DNA from: Euryarchaeota archaeon UBA91
Lineage (GTDB): Archaea > Thermoplasmatota > Poseidoniia > Poseidoniales > Poseidoniaceae
Reading direction: 5' to 3'
Assembly: GCA_002499705.1 (NCBI GenBank)
Contig: DAMU01000077.1
Location: 4,951-68,950 of the forward strand
DNA: 64,000 nt
Position numbers and translations under genes: made by a program
Notes under the pieces: model-generated
What the model was told of the DNA's origin: nothing
What the model saw: the letters and a program-made list of their open reading frames with translations, nothing else
Databases searched by the model: none
Part shown: piece by piece, positions 37,873 through 47,124 of the stretch
Layout of the letters: each line of letters opens with the position of its first letter
Numbering within the stretch: position 1 is the first letter of the stretch

Positions 37873-39309
37873 ATGAGCGCAAAACAGATGTCGATTGATG
37901 GAAAATGGTGCGATGCAGAGGACGGCGCTACTGCCGATATACTCAACCCAGCCACAGGTGAAGTAATGGCTACGACCCCAAAAGCAACTCTTGCTGACGT
38001 GAACCGATGTGTTGATGCTTCGACGGCTGCATTCAATGATTCTTCTTGGAAAAATATGGACCCTGCCCAACGCGGTCGAATCCTCAACAAAATGGCACAA
38101 GCAACCTATGCCAAAGCGAAAGAACTTGCAGTTATAGAATCCAACAATAACGGGAAAACCTTCCGAGAAGCACTTTCTGAAATCCGCTACGGAGCGTGGA
38201 CACTCGAATACTTCGCAGGACTATCGGATAAAATCGAAGGCAGTACCATTCCAGTCCCAGGAAATCGACTGAACTATACATTACGCCAACCGCTTGGCGT
38301 AACTGTTCACATTATCCCATGGAACTTCCCACTCCAACTGGCACTTCGATCCATTGCACCAGCACTTGCTGCAGGATGCACCGTCATTGCAAAGCCAGCT
38401 TCTTGGACGCCTCTGTCTTTACTTGCATGGGCAAAAGCAATGGAAGAAGCAGAAGTCGGACTCCCATCAGGAGTTCTTCAGGTTATTACAGGCTCTGGCG
38501 GTCTCATTGGTGATGCACTTGCTGGACATAAAGGCGTAGATGGAATTGTCTTGACCGGAGGAGTTCCTACTGGACAAACAGTCATGGCCAAGGCGAGTGA
38601 AAACCTAACACCCGTCACACTTGAACTCGGTGGAAAAGGCGCCAATATTGTCTTCCCTGATGCGAATCTAAGATACGCTGCAAAGGCAATTTGCTTTGGA
38701 ATTTTCATGAATGCTGGACAAATGTGTTGGGCTGGTTCTCGACTGATTGTTCACGAAGATGTCCACGATGAGTTGGTCGATGCCGTCGTTGCTGAAGTCG
38801 GCAAATGGAAAGTCGGACCTGGAATGGAAGAAGGCGTCCGTATTGGAAGCCTCGTTCATCAAAACCACCGCAAAGAGGTCATGGAGAAGTTATCTGCTGG
38901 ACTCGCTATGGGCGGCAAAGTCGTTTGTGGTGGAAACATCATCGAAGGCGATGGAGCATTTATGGAAGCAACTGTTGTCACTGGAGTTGACAATGAAAAT
39001 CTCCTCTTCAATGATGAGTTATTCGGGCCAGTGCTATCGGTAACATCCTTCAGCGAAGACGCTGAAGCATTGTCTTTGGCGAATGACTCACCGTTTGGAT
39101 TGCTCAATGGCATATGGACCAACAACCTCAGCCGAGCACATTCAATGGCCCGTGATTTAGAAAGTGGTATGGTTTCTATCAATGAATATCCCATCACATT
39201 CCCTCAAACTGCGTTTACCGGATGGAAACAATCTGGAATTGGTGTCGAACAAAGCCAGGACGCAATGCGATTCTATACCAAAGTAAAGAATGTCAACATC
39301 AAACTTTGA
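37873..39309 (+). CDS. NAD(P)-dependent aldehyde dehydrogenase
   Basis: IIPWNFPL, LELGGKGANIV and GQMCWAGSR (catalytic Cys), EELFGPV-like DELFGPVL. Start re-picked at MSAKQ (37873). Confidence 0.9.
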   Translation: MSAKQMSIDGKWCDAEDGATADILNPATGEVMATTPKATLADVNRCVDASTAAFNDSSWKNMDPAQRGRILNKMAQATYAKAKELAVIESNNNGKTFREALSEIRYGAWTLEYFAGLSDKIEGSTIPVPGNRLNYTLRQPLGVTVHIIPWNFPLQLALRSIAPALAAGCTVIAKPASWTPLSLLAWAKAMEEAEVGLPSGVLQVITGSGGLIGDALAGHKGVDGIVLTGGVPTGQTVMAKASENLTPVTLELGGKGANIVFPDANLRYAAKAICFGIFMNAGQMCWAGSRLIVHEDVHDELVDAVVAEVGKWKVGPGMEEGVRIGSLVHQNHRKEVMEKLSAGLAMGGKVVCGGNIIEGDGAFMEATVVTGVDNENLLFNDELFGPVLSVTSFSEDAEALSLANDSPFGLLNGIWTNNLSRAHSMARDLESGMVSINEYPITFPQTAFTGWKQSGIGVEQSQDAMRFYTKVKNVNIKL

Positions 39310-39318
39310 GGTGAAGCA

Positions 39319-40107
39319 ATGAGCGTTCAATCGAGTGATATGGGGAATGGTATACGTCTGATTCGTTTCTCTGGTCAATCTGCTGCACAGTCTTTTTCTC
39401 GAGAATTTTTACCACAGATTGCCAAAGCCATCGACCAAGGCCTCACGAACCCAAACGTACGGGCTTTGGTTCTCACCGGTGAAGGCAAATTCTTCTCCGC
39501 TGGAGCAGATATCAATGCATTTGCTCAAGCCATCAAGGATGAAGATGCTCCACAACTCATTCGTGATCTAACCGGCGTTCTTCATCCACTCTTGATGAGA
39601 ATGCGCCAATCACCGAAAATCTCCATCGCTGCGATAAACGGCGCATGTGCCGGAGGCGGACTCGGTTTGGCTCTCGCTTGTGATGCAAGAATCGCATCTT
39701 CAAAAGCCAAAATGGCCGCCTCGTATTCAGGAATGGGATTGTCACCAGACGGTGGCACAACGTGGCTCTTACCTCGTCTGGTCGGCGACCAAGTGAGTAG
39801 AAGATTCTTCTTTGAAAATGAAATATGGGATGCAGAACAGTGTGTCTCAGTTGGAGCAGTTGACGCCTTGGTCGATGATGAGCAACTCATTGAAGCAGCT
39901 GGAGAAATGGCAAAAAGATGGAGTCAATGGGGTAATCACACAAAGGAAGCGACCAAACACTTACTCGACATTCAGTCTGTTCATGATTTTGAAACTCATC
40001 TGAAGCATGAACGCACACTCATTGAAGCTGCAGGGACAACTGAAGCCTTCAAGGAAGGTGTAGCAGCTTTTATCGAAAAGCGTAAACCCAACTTTCAACC
40101 TGAGTAA
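39319..40107 (+). CDS. Enoyl-CoA hydratase/isomerase (crotonase) family
   Basis: FSAGADI and AINGACAGGGLGLALACDARIA. It starts 9 nt after the ALDH stop. Confidence 0.85.
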   Translation: MSVQSSDMGNGIRLIRFSGQSAAQSFSREFLPQIAKAIDQGLTNPNVRALVLTGEGKFFSAGADINAFAQAIKDEDAPQLIRDLTGVLHPLLMRMRQSPKISIAAINGACAGGGLGLALACDARIASSKAKMAASYSGMGLSPDGGTTWLLPRLVGDQVSRRFFFENEIWDAEQCVSVGAVDALVDDEQLIEAAGEMAKRWSQWGNHTKEATKHLLDIQSVHDFETHLKHERTLIEAAGTTEAFKEGVAAFIEKRKPNFQPE

Positions 40108-40143
40108 AACGATGCTCTCTCGTAAAATTCTACGAAGATTCAA

Positions 40144-41031
40144 TCATTCTGGTAATTCGGTTTCTTCTGCTTCTCCAGAAGACCAATCATAAATCCCGAT
40201 CCCAGTCTTTTTCCCTAAACGTCCTGCTGCGACGAGTTTTTCAAGCAGTGGATGAGGTTCATACGCATCGTCATTAAAGGAAGTTTGTAGGTTTTTCAAG
40301 ATGTCACGCCGAACATCGAGCCCAACTAAATCACTCAAAGCAAGTGGACCCATTGGGTGTTTGTAGCCTAGAACCATTGCCGTATCGATGTCTTTGGCAC
40401 TGGCTACACCGTCTGAAAGCATTCGAATGGCTTCGTTGCCAAGAGCAACGCCAAGACGACTGGTTGCAAATCCTGGAATGTCTTTGACCAATATGGTGGT
40501 TTTACCCATTGCAGTTCCAGCAGACTGGGCCGCAGTAATCGTCGCTTCGCTGGTCAAATCATGTCGAACCAATTCCAGTAGTTTCATGATCGGAACTGGA
40601 TTGAAAAAATGCATTCCAATGACGTTTTCTGGACGGGAGGTTGCAGCAGCGATGTCGGCAATGGACAGCGAAGAGGTATTGGTTCCAAGGAGGGCATGAG
40701 GTGGTGCTAAGCGGTCAAGTTCCGAGAAAATGGAATGCTTGAGTTCTGGAATTTCTGGAACCGCTTCAATAACGAGGTCTGCTTCAGCAACAGCAAGCGC
40801 CATATCTGCAAACGAATGGAGATTCTTGGACCATTCCTCTTTCTGCTCAGTGGTTGTCTTTCCGCGTGCAATACCTTTGTCCCAAAAGGCGTCGATTCGT
40901 TGCATACCTCGCTCTAAACCTTCTGGGAAAGCGTCGAACAGATGAGTTTTCCATCCACTTTGAGCGCAAACCTGTGCAATACCAGCACCCATAGTTCCGG
41001 CACCGATAACGGCAACACAGCGAATCTCCAT
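40144..41031 (-). CDS. 3-hydroxyacyl-CoA (3-hydroxybutyryl-CoA) dehydrogenase
   Basis: VAVIGAGTMGAGIA Rossmann motif, NTSSLSI, HFFNPVP and a C-terminal dimerisation domain. Start re-picked at MEIRC (41031). Confidence 0.9.
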   Translation of the reverse strand: MEIRCVAVIGAGTMGAGIAQVCAQSGWKTHLFDAFPEGLERGMQRIDAFWDKGIARGKTTTEQKEEWSKNLHSFADMALAVAEADLVIEAVPEIPELKHSIFSELDRLAPPHALLGTNTSSLSIADIAAATSRPENVIGMHFFNPVPIMKLLELVRHDLTSEATITAAQSAGTAMGKTTILVKDIPGFATSRLGVALGNEAIRMLSDGVASAKDIDTAMVLGYKHPMGPLALSDLVGLDVRRDILKNLQTSFNDDAYEPHPLLEKLVAAGRLGKKTGIGIYDWSSGEAEETELPE

Positions 41032-41053
41032 GACAAGCCCAAAGCGTCCGACT

Positions 41054-41977
41054 TCATGATGATTGCTTGGGAAATGGTTGCTTACTCTGAGCAAGCATCA
41101 CACCCCCAACAATCAATACGAATGCGAGAACCAGTGAAGCGCCAAGTTTCTCGTCAAGAAGGAGGTATCCACTTAATATTCCAAAAATGGGAACCAAATA
41201 GACATACAAGGCACTCTTTCCTGCACCGATTGTTAAAATCCCGTCTGCGAACCATACATAGGCAATTACCGTTGAAAAAATAGCGAGGAAAATCATAGCC
41301 ATCCAACCATTAAACGAAGGTTCAGGGATGCCGACCATCCATGTTTCGACAACCATGACAGGAGTAAGCATGAACAGTCCAGCAACTGAAGACCAAACGG
41401 TCAACTGCAACGGAGAAAGACAGCGCCCGGAATCCTTTGCAGGTTCAGTCATCGCTTTTTTCATTTGAATAGTGTTACAAGCCCAAGCAAAAGCAGCACC
41501 GGCAATCAGTAAATCACCAAGAGCTCGATCATAAAATGGGATATCAACATTCGGAGAATACCAAAACAAAACTCCGACGCCAGCAATGCCGAGAGTGATG
41601 CCCAAACCCAATCTCCAATGCATGGCTTCTTTGAGGAAAACAATGGCCAATAATGCAGTGAAGAAGGGGTTGAAAGTAATCATGAGAGAAGCGTCACCTG
41701 CAGCGGTATATTTCATGCCGACCATGAAAAATGCTTGATACAAACACGTTGAAAAAAACCCAATCCACGCCACTCTTTTCCATTCATCACGCGTTGGGAA
41801 TATCCACTGAGTAGACAATCTCAGATAGAAGAGGAAAAACAGCACTGCGACAATATAACGTATCCAAGAGGCGGCAAACGGTGCAACTTCTAGAGCGATG
41901 ACCCGACCTGCTGGCCAGCCGACTCCCCAAATAGCGACAACAAGAATTAATTTGACGTGAATCCAAACGTGGTTCAT
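41054..41977 (-). CDS. EamA/DMT-family transporter
   Basis: Ten TM segments in two EamA-like halves. Confidence 0.75.
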   Translation of the reverse strand: MNHVWIHVKLILVVAIWGVGWPAGRVIALEVAPFAASWIRYIVAVLFFLFYLRLSTQWIFPTRDEWKRVAWIGFFSTCLYQAFFMVGMKYTAAGDASLMITFNPFFTALLAIVFLKEAMHWRLGLGITLGIAGVGVLFWYSPNVDIPFYDRALGDLLIAGAAFAWACNTIQMKKAMTEPAKDSGRCLSPLQLTVWSSVAGLFMLTPVMVVETWMVGIPEPSFNGWMAMIFLAIFSTVIAYVWFADGILTIGAGKSALYVYLVPIFGILSGYLLLDEKLGASLVLAFVLIVGGVMLAQSKQPFPKQSS

Positions 41978-42510
41978 TCAAACCGCTCCAATCCAAGTTG
42001 GAGCATTCGTGAGCGTGGTAATCCTATTTCGGGTAGACCTGCAGCAGGAGCATACAGTTTCAACCCTTCAATACGTGAAACATAGAGACCATAACTGGCA
42101 ATATCTGTTGGATTATATGGAGTTGGAACTCCCATCCGAGTGAGTGTAGCACAAGCCGCCTCGGTATACAACGGGAAAAGATTGGTCGAGAAATGCATCC
42201 AGGTCGAAACTCGTGTTGCATCAACATTGTCAAGCGTAAGCAGATGTTCGAGCATCGAAACATCAGGATAGTTGACAGTTCGAATTGTCATCTCTACTTC
42301 ATTCGAGATATCTTCAGGCCATACAAATGGATTATACTTTGCCCATAGATCTGCAACTCGGATATGCTCAAGCGATGCTTCACTCTCAATCGAAAACAGC
42401 GCTGTGGCATATTTTTCGTCGTCTACGGTATCTGCAACCAAGTCGGGAAGAGCGGCGTAAAACGCCTCACACTTCTCAATGTCGAGACCATACAGTGATA
42501 CTGGAATCAT
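41974..42510 (-). CDS. Hypothetical protein, translationally linked downstream of the di-iron oxygenase-like gene
   Basis: 178-aa ORF with no recognisable motif. It lies 21 nt after the upstream gene and overlaps the EamA start by 4 nt. Confidence 0.5.
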   Translation of the reverse strand: MIPVSLYGLDIEKCEAFYAALPDLVADTVDDEKYATALFSIESEASLEHIRVADLWAKYNPFVWPEDISNEVEMTIRTVNYPDVSMLEHLLTLDNVDATRVSTWMHFSTNLFPLYTEAACATLTRMGVPTPYNPTDIASYGLYVSRIEGLKLYAPAAGLPEIGLPRSRMLQLGLERFE

Positions 42511-42531
42511 GGTATTCCCTCAGGTTGGTGT

Positions 42532-43692
42532 TCAAGCATCAACACCGATACCGGATGCGATTTGACGAGCAGACATTGGTTTGTTTGCAACCCACTCGAG
42601 TTTGAAGTATTCTTTGAGGTCAACTTCATCTTGTGCAGATGGTAAAGCAGCCGCAAGGTATGCGTTCCACTCTTCATCTGTGCCTTCGAAGATTGTTCCT
42701 TCTGTTGTGTATTTTTGGCGCTTGTATGTGCCGATAGCACGGTTGAAGTTTTCGTGAGGAACGAACAATTTAACACTGTCTTCTGGCAAATATCCGTTTA
42801 GTTTTTCGACTTCCTTAACGATTTCGTCATGATAATGACCACGTGCTTCTTCGTTGAGAACTTCCTTATCAACCTCAAGTCCTGCTTCGAGTTTCTTACG
42901 CTCATCCCAGCGCCCTTTAACGCCCCATACATACGACCAGTGGGCCGAAGATGATGCGTCAACACCAAACAAATCATGTGCAGTGGAGACCCACTTGTTG
43001 AAGTATCTTTGAAGCAAGTCAAGAGGAATGATACCCGCCTTGATGACGCGACGCAGTCCATTCGACCCTGTTCCAAGGTGGAATGATTCTTCCCTAAGCA
43101 TTGGACCCATGGATGCAGCCAAAGGCTTGAATGCTGATGTTGAAAGCATACCGAGTTGGAACTTGCCATCTCGGTCGACAAACATAGTGTAGCAGTAGAA
43201 GTCAAGCCAGTGTGTCATTGGTTGGTTAAAAGCACCAAGCAATCGATCGCCATCTTGTGCATTCCGCTCGAGGAGTTTTTGAGCTTCACGACGTCCTTGC
43301 TGTCCAAAGTAAGTCATCAACAGGTAAGCCATCTGCCAACCGTGACGCTGTTCTTCAGCCATGATACGGGCAGCTGCATATCGGTCATAGTCGGTGGGTG
43401 CGGATGCAAGCAAGTGACGTTGTTGTTCGACGGAAGCGAACTCAGTGTCGCCTTGAACAGTGATCATGCTCACGAGAGCATCACGCATGCTTTGTTGAGG
43501 GACTTGGAGAGAGCGTTCCCATTTTGGTCGGCCTTTGTAGTCACCGTATTCGATAACGTCGCCAGCGCGATCCCAATCGAACTGGATTGAGAGATCAAAG
43601 TCACCCAGCCAATCTGGATTAAATCCAACGCGTATTTGCCATTCATTAAAGTTCGAAACCCAGTCTTCCCATGTGCTTGGTAGATTGTCCAT
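42532..43692 (-). CDS. Ferritin-like di-iron oxygenase, BoxB/PaaA (acyl-CoA epoxidase) family-like
   Basis: Two ExxH di-iron motifs (MAEEQRHGWQMAYLL and MLREESFHLGTG), plus VQGDTEFASVEQQRHL and FVDRDGKFQL, strings I associate with benzoyl-CoA oxygenase component B. At 386 aa it is shorter than my recollection of BoxB. Confidence 0.6.
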   Translation of the reverse strand: MDNLPSTWEDWVSNFNEWQIRVGFNPDWLGDFDLSIQFDWDRAGDVIEYGDYKGRPKWERSLQVPQQSMRDALVSMITVQGDTEFASVEQQRHLLASAPTDYDRYAAARIMAEEQRHGWQMAYLLMTYFGQQGRREAQKLLERNAQDGDRLLGAFNQPMTHWLDFYCYTMFVDRDGKFQLGMLSTSAFKPLAASMGPMLREESFHLGTGSNGLRRVIKAGIIPLDLLQRYFNKWVSTAHDLFGVDASSSAHWSYVWGVKGRWDERKKLEAGLEVDKEVLNEEARGHYHDEIVKEVEKLNGYLPEDSVKLFVPHENFNRAIGTYKRQKYTTEGTIFEGTDEEWNAYLAAALPSAQDEVDLKEYFKLEWVANKPMSARQIASGIGVDA

Positions 43693-43746
43693 GATAACCC
43701 GAGGCTCGGGTCTACCTTATTGCCTTTGCGAACATGTTCGTATTTG

Positions 43747-44397
43747 TCAGGGGCTGCGCCTACGCACTTCCTCTGCAAAGGTGTGATGTACTGTAGATTC
43801 AATACGTTGTAATTGGGCTGAAAGCGTTGATTTTGCTACATCAAGGACGGCTGCTAATTCCGTGAGAGTAATTCTTCTGGGAACATCGTAGAACCCTTCT
43901 TGCATGGCCGTATCAAATACAAACCGTTGTCGAGGAGTAAGAAGACGACTTGACAACCCACGCGTTGAAACCAAACGATGAGGAATGTTTTCATTATCAA
44001 ATCCAGAAAGTAAATCTCGAACTTTTTCTCGAGCGCAAGAGATTGTCCATTCAACCCAACCGTCTCGAACTTCAAACGGCGTTCGAGGAATAACGCCAAC
44101 CTTCAACAGAGGTTTGAGAAATCCTCCTCCACCAGCGATGATATCAACGACAAAACTCTGTTTTCCAAAACTTCGGACTTCTTCGATTCCTGGATGCGAA
44201 GAAACCGTATCTACAATTTCCTCACTGCAGGATGCTCGAGCCGTTCCTCGACCTTTTTGCAGCGGCATGTGCTCTTCGATACGGAGAACTGCGGATGGAT
44301 GGCTGCGCGTAACATCTCCAGCCCAATGCCCTTCTGGCAATCGAACCTCGATGCGAACTTGTTGCACGGCCATGAGCATGTGTCTGTGCCAACCCAC
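43747..44397 (-). CDS. Bat-type HTH_10 transcriptional regulator
   Basis: C-terminal LTPRQRFVFDTAMQEGFYDVPRRITLTELAAVLDVAKSTLSAQLQRIE matches the HTH_10 (bacterio-opsin activator-like) pattern. Confidence 0.75.
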   Translation of the reverse strand: MGWHRHMLMAVQQVRIEVRLPEGHWAGDVTRSHPSAVLRIEEHMPLQKGRGTARASCSEEIVDTVSSHPGIEEVRSFGKQSFVVDIIAGGGGFLKPLLKVGVIPRTPFEVRDGWVEWTISCAREKVRDLLSGFDNENIPHRLVSTRGLSSRLLTPRQRFVFDTAMQEGFYDVPRRITLTELAAVLDVAKSTLSAQLQRIESTVHHTFAEEVRRRSP

Positions 44398-44415
44398 TTG
44401 AAGTTCGCGAGCGAA

Positions 44416-45396
44416 TCAAATTGCACGGGTTGTTTGAATTTGACGAACTGTGCCCGTCTCGACATCGATGATTTCACCGAAGGTAGTGGTATGAGTTTCT
44501 CCAAGAATCGCAGCTGGCAGATAACCTTCACAAACGCCAGAAGCAGCAAAGATTGCGTTTTCACTCTTGCACAAATCATGCGCCTCCCAAAGTCGCGTAA
44601 GGTCGTCACCAACCATGTTCTCTGCTCGAGCCTCTTCTTCAGGAGAACGGAAAACAAGTCGGCCTTCAAATACTCCACCAAGTCCACGAAGGGCGGTCGC
44701 AGAAATAACGCCCTCTGGGGCGGCTCCAATACCCATTAACAAATCAAAAGGTCCATCAGGTTGTGCAGCCCATATAGCGGCGGAAACATCGCCATCACCC
44801 ATCAATTCAAGTTGTGCTCCACTCGCACGGATTTCTTTGAACAAGTCGGTATGACGTTCACGATCAAGGGCAACAACGCGTACATCTGAAACCGCTTTGT
44901 CAAGGGCAGCAGCGGTTTGTTCAAGATTGTAAGCAACACCACCGTCAAGGCTGATATGACCTACAAGTTCGGAGCCACCTGCGATTTTGTCCATGTAACA
45001 ATCAGGCGCATGCAGTAGAGTTCCCCGAGGAGCTGCAGCAAGAACTGCGATTGAATTTGGAGAGTTCGATGCACAGTTATTCGTACATTCAAGCGGGTCA
45101 ACAGCAATATCGATTTGAGGCGCTCCTGCAACACCGACCATGCTGCCTATTTCTTCACCGATGTAAAGCATAGGCGCTTCATCACGCTCACCTTCTCCAA
45201 TGGCGACTCGTCCGTCAAATGGCACATTATCGAAAGTACGACGCATTGCCTCAACTGCAGCCTCGTCGGCCTTTTCTTTTTCACCTAGACCACGCCATGC
45301 AGCACTCGAAATTGCCGCTTGGTCAACCGCCTCTAAGAAGTGGTGGTAGAGGTCTCCGACGCTGCCCATGAGAACAGACGGGCGCGCCCCACCCAT
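44416..45396 (-). CDS. glpX: Class II fructose-1,6-bisphosphatase (GlpX type)
   Basis: GEKEKADEAAVEAMR, GEGERDEAPMLYIGE, DPLECTN, and GlpX-like sequence along the full length. Confidence 0.8.
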   Translation of the reverse strand: MGGARPSVLMGSVGDLYHHFLEAVDQAAISSAAWRGLGEKEKADEAAVEAMRRTFDNVPFDGRVAIGEGERDEAPMLYIGEEIGSMVGVAGAPQIDIAVDPLECTNNCASNSPNSIAVLAAAPRGTLLHAPDCYMDKIAGGSELVGHISLDGGVAYNLEQTAAALDKAVSDVRVVALDRERHTDLFKEIRASGAQLELMGDGDVSAAIWAAQPDGPFDLLMGIGAAPEGVISATALRGLGGVFEGRLVFRSPEEEARAENMVGDDLTRLWEAHDLCKSENAIFAASGVCEGYLPAAILGETHTTTFGEIIDVETGTVRQIQTTRAI

Positions 45397-45471
45397 GAAT
45401 GAAACGGTGTGATTCGACGGTTACACTTGTCGGTTGTTGTTCCGAATAAACAATGATACATCGATGAAAGT

Positions 45472-47028
45472 TCATTCTTCTGTTTCATTTTCGCGAGTTC
45501 TCTTGCACGTATCTGCTTGACACGGTTCATGAGGTTCTGCGTTACTCGTCGTTGCGAGAAGTGGGTCCATCTGGTCAAATGCTTCAAGCAGACTTGGACC
45601 ACTGGCAAGGTAGTAGACCGAACCTCTTCCGTCTCGTGAATCCTCTGCACTGGAATTGTTGCTAGTAGCACATTCACCGGTGCAACCATCTGCGAAGGCA
45701 ACATACACTCGACCTTCTCGGTCAATGTGCAAATCGTTGAAGTCCAAGAGGTTCCTATTCGAGCCGCCGATATCTCGGCAATCACCTGAATTTAAACAAA
45801 TTGAGCCATATTGGACGGGGTCATCGGTAACTCTCTGCGTATGGAAAATTGGATTTTCATCCAGAGCGTTAAGACTGTATGTGATGTAAAGGTGATAGGT
45901 CGCATTGTTAGGAGCATAGTGTGCATTTCCATCCCAAGGACTTCCATCGATATTTGACTCTCCAATCATTTCTGTGTTTTCGCTTCCCAGGTAGGTAACG
46001 GCAATTCTGCCAGGGTCACCAGCATCGGTTTGAGGGAATACCGTTGAAATGACACCCGCTGGTGATATCCTGATACTCTCTTGTTCCCAAGTTTCTCCTG
46101 AATCAGTCGAACGAGACATGTATACGCCCTCATCTGCACCGGTCCAAACGTGATATGCATTCGAGGATGTATCTGCGGAGACCTCTGAGTTTTTACGCGG
46201 ATAAGGAGTACTCACATCTGTACCCATTGTTCGTTCAAACCACGAAAATCCGTTGTCCTTCGAGACGATAACGGTTGGGGTTTCGACACGAGGAGTAACG
46301 TAGACCGTTCCATCAGCAGCAGTAGAAATGGCGCCATGTAAACCGCCGTTGGTAGTTGCTAAACCGATAATCTGCCCACCGGCTTCAAAGGTCGCTCCAC
46401 CATCAAAACTTGTGAAACAAAAGATACCTGCGAGTTTATTGTAACAATAGTAAACTGCGGTTTCATAGAAATTTCCAGTAAGTGAACCAAGAGCCCCGTA
46501 TCCCGAACTTGTCCACGGCCCACTTGCTAACTTAATGTGGTCGTTAATTGGTGTCGTTCCAGAATCGTGTGGGTTACCGAGCCATGATTCGCCATCGTCA
46601 TCACTCCAGCAAATCCATGAGGTCTCAAGTCCAATCATTTGGACATTGAAGATACGGTCTGTGATTGGATCAACCCAGCCATAGGGGTCACTGGTGGTTG
46701 GGGAACATTGCACAGGATCTTGAGTTTCTTCCCAGGCCTCACCATAATCGCATGACCTCATCACTTTTTCCATGGCAATGAAAAAGATACAGCCACTGGA
46801 AGTAATTCCAATACTCGGTTCTTTACCAGTTTCACCAACATCACTGAATTGAAACTCCATTTGAAGCGGAGGGACATTTGTGTCATTACCGTATTTATCT
46901 GTCACAAAGATTCGAACATCTTCAACAACTTCGACTACTGGTTCTTCAACGACAACGTCGTTACCAAAACATCCGGCTAAGGAAAAGGTAAGCATAAGGG
47001 CGACCATGTAAAGTGCCTTGACTCGCAT
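45472..47028 (-). CDS. Secreted BNR/Asp-box repeat protein (sialidase-fold-like), lipobox-like N-terminus
   Basis: Five SxDxGxxW/F Asp-boxes (SCDYGEAW, SDDDGESW, SFDGGATF, SKDNGFSW, STDSGETW). The N-terminus MRVKALYMVALMLTFSLAGC is lipobox-like. Start re-picked at 47028. Confidence 0.75.
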   Translation of the reverse strand: MRVKALYMVALMLTFSLAGCFGNDVVVEEPVVEVVEDVRIFVTDKYGNDTNVPPLQMEFQFSDVGETGKEPSIGITSSGCIFFIAMEKVMRSCDYGEAWEETQDPVQCSPTTSDPYGWVDPITDRIFNVQMIGLETSWICWSDDDGESWLGNPHDSGTTPINDHIKLASGPWTSSGYGALGSLTGNFYETAVYYCYNKLAGIFCFTSFDGGATFEAGGQIIGLATTNGGLHGAISTAADGTVYVTPRVETPTVIVSKDNGFSWFERTMGTDVSTPYPRKNSEVSADTSSNAYHVWTGADEGVYMSRSTDSGETWEQESIRISPAGVISTVFPQTDAGDPGRIAVTYLGSENTEMIGESNIDGSPWDGNAHYAPNNATYHLYITYSLNALDENPIFHTQRVTDDPVQYGSICLNSGDCRDIGGSNRNLLDFNDLHIDREGRVYVAFADGCTGECATSNNSSAEDSRDGRGSVYYLASGPSLLEAFDQMDPLLATTSNAEPHEPCQADTCKRTRENETEE

Positions 47029-47124
47029 GATGCCGGCTACAAGCAATAGAATAATGTCTTTGCGATAGAGCAATTGTCAATTAACCGGCGAATCATTGAA
47101 GTTCTTTACCAATTATTGTGAGTT

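Noticed and set aside
37753-38100. N-terminal 116-codon extension of the 2-phosphoglycerate-kinase-like ORF. Similar track extensions occur at 13711-13824, 50854-51054, 41032-41094, 24211-24327, 49269-49427 and 62957-63043
   Set aside because: The extensions overlap neighbouring motif-supported genes and have Cys/Arg/His-rich non-protein-like composition. Internal ATGs with Shine-Dalgarno-like GGTGA/GGAGG motifs, or canonical family N-termini, give better starts.
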